NCBI RefSeq assembly: GCF_001194135.2
Contig: NC_068981.1
Coordinates: 36,065,401-36,129,400, forward strand
Length of the DNA: 64,000 nucleotides
Reading direction: 5' to 3'
DNA from: Octopus bimaculoides
Taxonomy: Eukaryota
The translations under genes were made by a program, and so were the position numbers. The first letter of the stretch is position 1; each line of letters starts with the position of its first letter. A model generated the notes under the pieces. The model was given only the letters and a program-made list of their open reading frames with translations. It made no database searches and was not told where the DNA came from. Positions 26,586-35,625 of this stretch are shown here, piece by piece.

Positions 26586-27704
26586 AGGTTTAAACAACTC
26601 GAGACTGGAAAGTACATTAAAAATATATAGATTAAGTATATCTACTCGAGGTGAGTCTTACAGATTAAAAACTAAGGCCTATTCAGTAACCTTTCCACAA
26701 CACTATGACACCTATGTCTGTGCAAGGACTTCAGTAGTTAGTCAAAGAAACAAATCAATAGTCTTTCATGAAAAGATTGTCCTGGCACTCCTTGCAGTAT
26801 TTGAGTTGTTCTCTCAACAAACTCCAACTAAGTAATACTGATTTATGTGTTTCTCACCCCAGTCTTTATTGATTCTTAATCTATTCTACTGACAGCCTAT
26901 ACACTATTGATTATGATTAATTTATCTTTTTGCAAGCCTATATATTATTGCAAATATAAACTAAATAAATAAATTTCTTCTTACCACCGCTGTTATTGCT
27001 GATGTTGTTTTCTTTATCCTCAACATTAAATTACTATTTCTTGTCAGCAAAATACCTAGAAAATTTATTTTTTGAAAAAATGTTGTCTAATTTTTATTTT
27101 TACATAATTTTGTCAGAATTTAGTTGCATGAAAGTTTAGCATACATATGTATATTTGTATTCATGCATATATATATATATTTGTATGTATGCATATATAT
27201 ATATATATAAATACACACATATATATATAAGTACGTATATGTATATATGATATATATGCATATGTATATAAGCATGCTGGTTTTTAAGCATCGTGTGAGT
27301 TTTCAACAGAACTAACTACACATGTATATACAAGTATGTGCTTAGTTAAATCATGACAGCTCAACAAACTGAAAGGTGAAACTCAGAGTATTAGTGAAAT
27401 TTTACATTGCATTAAATATCATCTCTCTATCTCTCTCCACACACACACACACAAATATATATGTATATATTTATGTATACACACACACATATATATATAT
27501 ATATAGCCTATATATATAACCTATTGAATTTTTGTTGCTTTACTTCAAATTTTATTCACCAAATCTCTTGATTTTGATTTTGGTTTTGACCCTACCAAAT
27601 TCTGGTGCCTCAAACATTTCAAGTACCACATTTAATCTTTTGATTAAATCTATATTATATATATGTATATATATGTATATATATATGTGTATGTATGTAT
27701 GTGT

Positions 27705-27922
27705 TTGTGTGTCTGTGTTTGTCCCCCCAACATCGCTTGACAACCGATGCTGGTGTGTTTATGTCCCCGTAACTTTGCGGTTCGGCAAAAGAGACCGATA
27801 GAATAAGTACTAGGCTTCTAAAGAATAAGTCCTGGGGTCGATTTGCTCGACTAAAGGCGGTGCTCCAGCATGGCCGCAGTTAAAAGACTGAAACAAGTAA
27901 AAGAGTAAAAGAGTAAAAGAGT
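27705..27922 (+). mobile_element. Young family B SINE, 3' half with (AAAAGAGT)n tail
   Basis: Many intact CpGs (catcgcttgacaaccgatg, gcggttcggc, ggtcgatttgctcgac) and tandem tail aaaagagtaaaagagtaaaagagt; related to the degraded minus copies at 41360-41425 and 41870-42198. Confidence 0.8.
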
Positions 27923-28019
27923 ATATATAAATATATATATATATAGTGGAAAGAGTTGGTATACAAAAGCATGTGGTTTGATGTATAAAAACAAAATAGA
28001 ATGAAAATCTATGAAATAC

Positions 28020-28960
28020 TTGTATTATATGGTTAAAGAATATATTTAAATAATGTTAGGAAAATATTATAAAATTTTGTGTGTAGTGACATTGTTTTTG
28101 GAGAAATAACTGGTTTCGTATTTTCTTTTCAAATTTCTCAAATTTCTTTATTGATATTGTGTCATCTCTTCGCTATGGTGTGATATAGGAGAGTTCCAAA
28201 CAGGGGGAAGTAATCAGGGATTTTTTCGGTATAAGGAAGATAATCAAAAATGTTGGGAATGATTGGGTTTTATAAATTTAACATGATTCGGTTTTGATTG
28301 AATAAAATGTTAGAAGTGGTTAAGTTTTGCTTTATATTTTTCAATGAGGTAAGTTTCCTTATTTAAAAATGCTAGAAATGATTAAGTTTTAGCTTATATT
28401 TTTCAATGAGGTAGGTTTTTTTTATTTAATCTAACTTGTGTTGGTGTTCCAATGGCATATTGATAAAATGGAAAGATTACAAATTGTGGTAGCAGTTGCT
28501 TTGCACATCTCTCAATGTGTTAGTTAGAAGGTATCATTCTGTATTCTGGGAATGCAATCTGCTGTCGGTGCAGAGTGCATCTACATCTGAGTGATAATCC
28601 CGCAGACCCTATGTAGTTTTGGTGGCAGCCTGAGCATCTTATAATGTAAATCAGGTTTTCTGAGGCACAAGTAAAATCAGATTTGATTTTGAATTTTTGT
28701 CCCTCTTTAAAAAGGAATTCTGATCCTTCAAGAAAGTTTGGACATGTTGCACAATTTGCTTCTTTGATGTATCTAGTTAAAAATGTGTGTTTCACATTTT
28801 TACTGGAAGTATGCTACTTTCATTTCTGTTTGGTGCATTTGTTTTTCTTTTTGTTTTTCTCTACTGGAAATGACCTATGTGTTGATGATATTCATTTGAA
28901 TGTGTGGAGCCATTTGACAATCCTTGTTCCTTACAGAAATCATTAAAAATCCAGACTACG
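28020..28960 (-). mobile_element. Penelope-like element 3' remnant with GIY-YIG endonuclease
   Basis: CATC...FKIKSDFTCASENLIYIIRCSGCHQNYIGSAGLSLRCRCTLHRQQI, continuing HIERC..FVIFPFYQ..YLIEKYKLKLN. This has the GIY-YIG-type LIY..C..C..YIG layout typical of PLEs and is followed by a G-poor 3' UTR. Confidence 0.88.
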
Positions 28961-30679
28961 GTAATATAACAGGCTACTTTCAAACTACTCTCACATACCA
29001 GTTACATAGTAAAACAAAAATTTTTTTAGGCTATTACTGTAACTGCAATATATTGGATGGTATGCAATGAGGAGATATAATAAACTGACAAGTAAAAGGA
29101 AATGTTTAATTTATTTTCCTCTCCAGAGGATAAAGGAAGACATCTGTCAAGAGTTAAAAAATAAAACATTAAATAAAAGAACAAGAAGGGAACTAAAGAA
29201 GAGCGAAGTTAATTCTGGAGTAAAATATTTGACTTAATTGAGTTGGTGAATAATAAAGACAAAAATATAAAAAAAAAGTCATCAAAACCAATAAATATAA
29301 CAAACATTGATAGAAAGGAAAGAAGCTACCCCCACCCTTCTTCTCTGACTATCTGCTTTCAGAATAGTGTCACATCCTGTTACACACTAGTGTTACAGTG
29401 GTAGTTTATTGAGTGTGAGGGTGTGTGTGAGTGAAAGAAGCTGGCAGCCTTAATAAACTGTTTGGAGATGATATTTGAAAATGATATTTCCCACATAGAC
29501 CAATGAATGAAAGAATAACAGAAACTAAGAATGGGGATCGATGAGTAACTGGCAGATGTACAAATCAAGAGGTGGGAAGGGGATTATTTCATCAAGTTTT
29601 GATGAGATGTGGCCAAGAACGAATTTACAAAACATAGCAGAGAAAGCCTGGTAAGAGATATTTGTAAAACGGAACCATGAAATATAAACAAGGTTACAGT
29701 GCATCCTTGTCATTGGCGGGTATTAACTGGTTCACTTCTGGCATACATATGAAAGAACAAAAAAAAGTGTAAAACAGCAACAATACACAGACTTGTAAAT
29801 AAATAAAAGAAAACATACTGAAAACAATATGGATTATATCAGAAATGGAGGGCCAAAAAAAAAAAAAATTGCAGATAATATTGTAAAATATTGAGGAACT
29901 ATGTCTTTAGCAAATTCATTTAAAGTTTAAAACAAAATTTTTTGCCTTTTTTTATACTAATTGACACTTTCAAAATATTGTTGAAAAGGAACACATATGG
30001 TGTGTCATGATGTAGGAAAGTGAAATTGTTTGTTTATGAAAAGAATATTTTTCTTTTTGCATCTTATTTTGTGCAAATTAAGTTGTCAAAAAATAAGTGT
30101 TCAGGAAATCACAATCTATTTTCTATTTTCTTAAGCTTTTCAATCATAAACGAATACAAAAATGACAAAAAGTCAATAAACATTAAAATGAAACATTATT
30201 TGTAAGTTTAAAATATATGTTGCGTAATTTATATAATAACCATGTGAATCTCAGTTTATAGCATTGGTACACCACATTAATTCAGATTCTAAGAGATGAC
30301 TGATAGAGTTCACATCAAGAAGGACATCTGACTGTAAAACACTGCCTTAAAAATCCTATCCAACCTGTAACAAGTCAGAGTTTCATAAGTATAATAATTT
30401 TACATAATTCATTTTTGAAGTGTAACACATGACATCAGTTACATGAACAGTGAAACTCATAGTAGTACCAAGAAGTAGTCTAAGCACTATACATACTCTC
30501 CTTCTGTATTGGGTACCTTTTCCTTGTTTGTTGATGTAAATGCACATGCATATAAGAATTATTAATATTGTCAAGTGCAATAGTGAGTATACAGCTGAAG
30601 GTAATATTCTGACCAGTTATATGCCACAACCAGTAATATGATATATAGAAGTATATAATCACACGATTACTCATACTGA

Positions 30680-33014
30680 GTGCACTTTTTTCTCACTTAA
30701 GGCCAACAGTAAATGCAAAATTGCACACTTCAAGAATCTTTCTGCATGCAATCAGGCTATATGCATTGCACTTAGAGAAACACATCTATCTTCAGTGATA
30801 AATAACACAGAGATGCACATACAATGTATGCTATCTTCTGTACAGACAAAAGAAAAAGAAGTCATAGTGGAGCTGCAATGTACATCCACAAAGATATCAC
30901 ACCATTAACCGTGTTATCGGATTTGAACTCAATGTTTGACACACTCATAGTATATCTGAAGCAACTTGATATAGTGATATCCACCTGATGCCTCAAATCA
31001 TGATGGGAAATTTAATGAAAGCCTCAATGTGGCAAAGAATGTGCTAACACAATTGGATCAATGTACTACTATACTCCTGATGGGTGACTTCAACTTCCCC
31101 AACATCAGGTGGCTTGAAGGCAACAATGCCCCAGGAGTGATGCACAAAGAGTGAAATCAAGCAGAATCTCTACTTGATCTTACAAAAATGCTATTCATGG
31201 AGTAGATCATACTCTCTCCAACCAGGCACAAAAATATCCTGGACCTCTGTTTACAAACAATGTGGAAATTATCCACAATGTAAGTATATCACCGACAATA
31301 TTTTCAGACATTATAGAACTGACAATGTATTGACCGGAATTACCTGAAGATAAACTCTGCACAGATGGCGCTCAAACCCTATCCAGCCAAGATTTCTTTG
31401 AGGCTGACTGGAAGTCACTTGAAAAATAGATACTCCAGCAGGACTGGCCTAAAAGCCTCTCTATGCAAGACGTAGATATGAAACTCAATAAATTCATGTC
31501 AATAATGCGAGCCATATGCATTAAATATGTCCCAGAAAAGAGAGCCAATACACACAAAAACATCATTCTCTGAGACAGGAGAATACTCACGCAATGGAGA
31601 ATAAAGATCTTGAATCATTTAAACAAACACCTCAATGACAGTGTGAAATCCCACCTGACAGAGGAACTCTTTGCATGAAAAAGAAAGAAACCTGGGCAGT
31701 TGAAAATATAAAAAGAAATTCTAAAGCCTTCTACATGTTGGCAAAGGAGTCTGCCTCAGTATGCTATAAGATAGGGTCACTATTTAGTAAAAATGGTTCG
31801 CTAACTGCAGACCCGGAGAAGATAAATGAAGCACTAAATAAACAATTCCAAAGTGTTTTCACTTCTCCACCAGAAAATATGCAAATAAACAAGCCTGGGG
31901 AGTTTTTCAGTGTAACGAATCTATTCAGAAAAGAGGCAACCATCGATTACATCAACATAACAAAAGAGGATGTAATATTGGCTATTGATGTGATGAGCTG
32001 AAACTCAGTAAGAGGCCCAGATGGACTCCTGGCTGTTCTCTTAAAGATATGTAAAAAGGTATTTGCAAAGCCACTGCAGATACTCTGTCAGAGTTTCCTT
32101 GTATGTGGTAAACTTCCCAACATGCTAAAAGAGGGTATAATATGCCCTCTCCATAAAGGAGGGAGTAGATGCTAAAACCTACAGGCCCATCTCTCTGACC
32201 TTACATGTTAGCAAGACAATGGAATGCATTGTCAGAAAAAAGCTGATCATGTTCCTAGAAGAAAACAACCTTCTCACAAATACACAACATGGCTTCTGTC
32301 TAGGGAGGAGCTGCCTGACACAGCTGCTGTAACACTTTGACTGGGTACTGAAGCAACAGTCAAACTAGTCAGCTGTAGACATGATATACCTCGACTTTTC
32401 CAAGGCCTTTGACAAGGCTGATCATGGCATGATATGTCACCCTTATGAAACCTTGGTATTACTGGGAAACTGACAGAATGGCTGCATGATTTTCTGAAGA
32501 GCAGGAGTCGGACAGTTGTAGCCAATGGTGCTCACTCTGAAGAGACACCAATTCTCAGCAGAGTCCCACAGGGAACTGTATTGGGGCCACTACTATTTGT
32601 GGAGACTCTCTCAGACATGCCCTCCATGGTACAGTCAGCCAATCTGACCAGTTATGCTGATGACACAAAATATTGCAGGCAGTTAGGAACCCAAAGGATA
32701 TCATAAAACTGCAGAAAGACCTGAATGAAATATACAAATGGGCTAATAAAAATAACATGCAGTTCAATGCTATGAAATTTCAGGCACTCCACTATCGGTC
32801 AAACATCAGGCTAAAATCGGAATACACTGGACCAGAAGGTAATATGATCCCAAGGTCAGAGTCGGTGCATGACCTGGGGGTTCACATGAGCAATGATGCA
32901 ACATTCCATCTGTATATTACCAAGATGGCAACACTGTGCAGTCAAGTGGCTGGATGGATTCTGAGGACATTCAAAACCGGGAAAAGGGAGGCCCCACTAC
33001 TCCTATGGAGGGTG
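30680..33014 (+). pseudogene. CR1-type LINE ORF2 (AP endonuclease + reverse transcriptase), broken
   Basis: IALRETHL, LMGDFNFPNIRW, ILDLC, YRPISLT, QHGFCLGRSCLTQLL, IYLDFSKAFDK, RVPQGTVLGPLLF, YADDTK, LQKDLNEIYKWANKNNMQFN and DLGVHMSND occur in order; many stops and frameshifts; cut off at a (TA)n run and gap. Confidence 0.92.
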
Positions 33015-33205
33015 TGTGTATATATATATATATNNNNNNNNNNNNNNNNNNNNNNNNNNNNNNNTATATAATGTTAAAAACCTTGTTAAGTGATAATAAA
33101 ATCCAATGGATATACTAGTATATTACCTATTACAAAAAGTATTGACTATTACATTTAATATTCAACTGTAAGGTAATTAGATAAACCATGGTTTATATAT
33201 ATTTT

Positions 33206-33607
33206 TAAGAAAGTAAGAAAATACAGATAATTAAATTAATAATTATTTATTAATTGCAAAATTGGACATCATCTCTGATAGCTATTTCAGTTTAATACTT
33301 TAGAAATTAATTAGTATAATTAAAAGCATTTTAAAGTTGAATCTCCTCGGAGGTGGAAAAAGTTATACCCTTACATTTTCATATCATTGTGTTTTGAGTG
33401 TAGGGAGCAAATCCACTTTGTTCCTTACACTAAACACACAATAATATGAAAATGTAAGGGTATATCTTTTCCCACCTCTGATGAGATTCAACTTTAAAAT
33501 ATTTTTAATTATATTAATTAATTTCTGAAGTCTCAAATTGAAACAGCTGTCCGTTGTAATTAATAAATAATTATCAATTTAAATATCTCTATTTTCTTAC
33601 TTTCTTA
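33206..33607. mobile_element. ~400-bp fold-back (palindromic) element with hammerhead-like cores
   Basis: Arms of ~200 bp are near reverse complements around a 5-nt spacer (gagcaaa-tccac-tttgttc). The right arm has CTGATGA (33478) ... GAAAC-AGCT-GTC (33540-33551) followed by AATAAA. Confidence 0.85.
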
Positions 33608-33659
33608 CCATCCAGCATGGCCACAGTCTTCTGGGCATCTGTTTAGCCTTGATTCTGAT

Positions 33660-33858
33660 GTACAAACATACCCATAGGTAATACATATTTTAGGTGTTGA
33701 GAAGGGAGGATTACTGTAGTAGTTCGTATTTTTCTTTTTATATAATTATAATAATTATATAAAAAATATATATATGCAAAAAGAAAAATACAAACTACTA
33801 CAGTAATCTTCCCTTCTCAACACATGAAATATGTTTGTACCTATGGGTACGTTTGTAC
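33660..33858. repeat. ~200-bp fold-back element
   Basis: gtacaaacatacccatagg...ttactgtagtagttcgtatttttcttttt versus aaaaagaaaaatacaaactactacagtaa...cctatgggtacgtttgtac: ~80-bp arms with few mismatches and an AT-only spacer that is itself partly palindromic. Confidence 0.85.
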
Positions 33859-33908
33859 GTAAATATATATATATAGATATATGTCTGTGTATGTGTGTGT
33901 ATATATAT

Positions 33909-35123
33909 CATCATCATCATCATCATCGTTTAACGTCCGCTTTCCATGCTAGCATGGGTTGGACGATTTGACTGAGGACTGGTGAAACCGGATGGCAACA
34001 CCAGGCTCCAGTCTGATTTGGCAGAGTTTCTACAGCTGGATGCCCTTCCTAACGCCAACCACTCAGAGAGTGTAGTGGGTGCTTTTACGTGTCACCCGCA
34101 CGAAAACGGCCACGCTCGAAATGGTGTCTTTTATGTNNNNNNNNNNNNNNNNNNNNNNNNNNNNNNNNNNNNNNNNNNNNNNNNNNNNNNNNNNNNNNNN
34201 NNNNNNNNNNNNNNNNNNNNNNNNNNNNNNNNNNNNNNNNNNNNNNNNNNNNNNNNNNNNNNNNNNNNNNNNNNNNNNNNNNNNNNNNNNNNNNNNNNNN
34301 NNNNNNNNNNNNNNNNNNNNNNNNNNNNNNNNNNNNNNNNNNNNNNNNNNNNNNNNNNNNNNNNNNNNNNNNNNNNNNNNNNNNNNNNNNNNNNNNNNNN
34401 NNNNNNNNNNNNNNNNNNNNNNNNNNNNNNNNNNNNNNNNNNNNNNNNNNNNNNNNNNNNNNNNNNNNNNNNNNNNNNNNNNNNNNNNNNNNNNNNNNNN
34501 NNNNNNNNNNNNNNNNNNNNNNNNNNNNNNNNNNNNNNNNNNNNNNNNNNNNNNNNNNNNNNNNNNNNNNNNNNNNNNNNNNNNNNNNNNNNNNNNNNNN
34601 NNNNNNNNNNNNNNNNNNNNNNNNNNNNNNNNNNNNNNNNNNNNNNNNNNNNNNNNNNNNNNNNNNNNNNNNNNNNNNNNNNNNNNNNNNNNNNNNNNNN
34701 NNNNNNNNNNNNNNNNNNNNNNNNNNNNNNNNNNNNNNNNNNNNNNNNNNNNNNNNNNNNNNNNNNNNNNNNNNNNNNNNNNNNNNNNNNNNNNNNNNNN
34801 NNNNNNNNNNNNNNNNNNNNNNNNNNNNNNNNNNNNNNNNNNNNNNNNNNNNNNNNNNNNNNNNNNNNNNNNNNNNNNNNNNNNNNNNNNNNNNNNNNNN
34901 NNNNNNNNNNNNNNNNNNNNNNTTATTGCACCTGAACATCTGCCACAAACAAAAACTAACTTGCTAGTTAACCTGCCTTTGATGTTGCTGCACCTCTTAT
35001 GTGTCCATAGCTTGCACCGGGTACATCTTATAGAGTTACTACCTACTCCTTTTCTACATACTGAGCAGGGCCATCTACCTGAAGGGGTTTGTGTTTTATC
35101 TACCTTCCTACTTATTAGGATTT

Positions 35124-35131
<8 letters not shown>
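33909..35131 (-). mobile_element. Young 5'-truncated RTE LINE (middle in N-gap) with PHD-like finger and (GAT)n tail
   Basis: Open minus frame KILISRKVDKTQTPSGRWPCSVCRKGVGSNSIRCTRCKLWTHKRCSNIKGRLTSKLVFVCGRCSGAI (34924-35131). The 3' UTR at 33909-34136 is nearly identical to 61302-61567. Flanked by TA runs. Confidence 0.85.
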
Positions 35132-35157
<26 letters not shown>

Positions 35158-35165
35158 TAGCAGTT

Positions 35166-35218
35166 CAACCCATGCTAGCATGGAAAGCGGACGTTAAACG
35201 ATGATGATGATGATGATG
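35166..35218 (+). mobile_element. Very short RTE 3'-tail insertion
   Basis: caacccatgctagcatggaaagcggacgttaaacg(atg)6 is the exact reverse complement of 33909-33961. Confidence 0.9.
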
Positions 35219-35503
35219 TATTCCTCATCTATATACCTTTTCATTCCTACATAACTACAATAATCTTAAGGTAGATTGATCATTTAAATTCCACTTTTAT
35301 TTCTCTTTTGATAATTTTTCTTTCCTCTGTTTATACTTTATCTAATAGGAATAATATAATACACCTAATAATAATAATAATTGATTCCTTTGTATGCATA
35401 TACATATAAATGTATAGATATGTATTTATGTATATATATGTATATGTAAAAGTGTGCATATATGTATTTATATTCATAACTTAACCTTATGAACTTTCTA
35501 AAC

Positions 35504-35625
35504 TCTCTGACGAATCCCAGAGGCACACCCAAGTACCCTAATCTTATCTACCAAATACTTCAGTTCACTGAAGGGATGGAAGTAAAGTGGGCTACTATGA
35601 CCTCTTGGCTGAAACAGCTGTAAGA
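35504..35625 (+). ncRNA. Type I minimal hammerhead ribozyme motif (Penelope-type)
   Basis: TCT-CTGACGA (35507-35513), then ATCCCAGAGG...CCTCTTGGCT (stem II, 8 of 10 pairs), then GAAAC-AGCT-GTA (35611-35622) and AGA (3-bp stem I). All core nucleotides are present in order. Confidence 0.65.

Noticed and set aside
26588-26650. 63-nt candidate exon ending in GAG|GTGAGT
   Set aside because: The acceptor is weak, directly follows a SINE tail, and the peptide is unrecognisable.
29450-29750. Possible LINE C-terminal remnant
   Set aside because: There is only a vague resemblance in fragments across frames, with no diagnostic motif.
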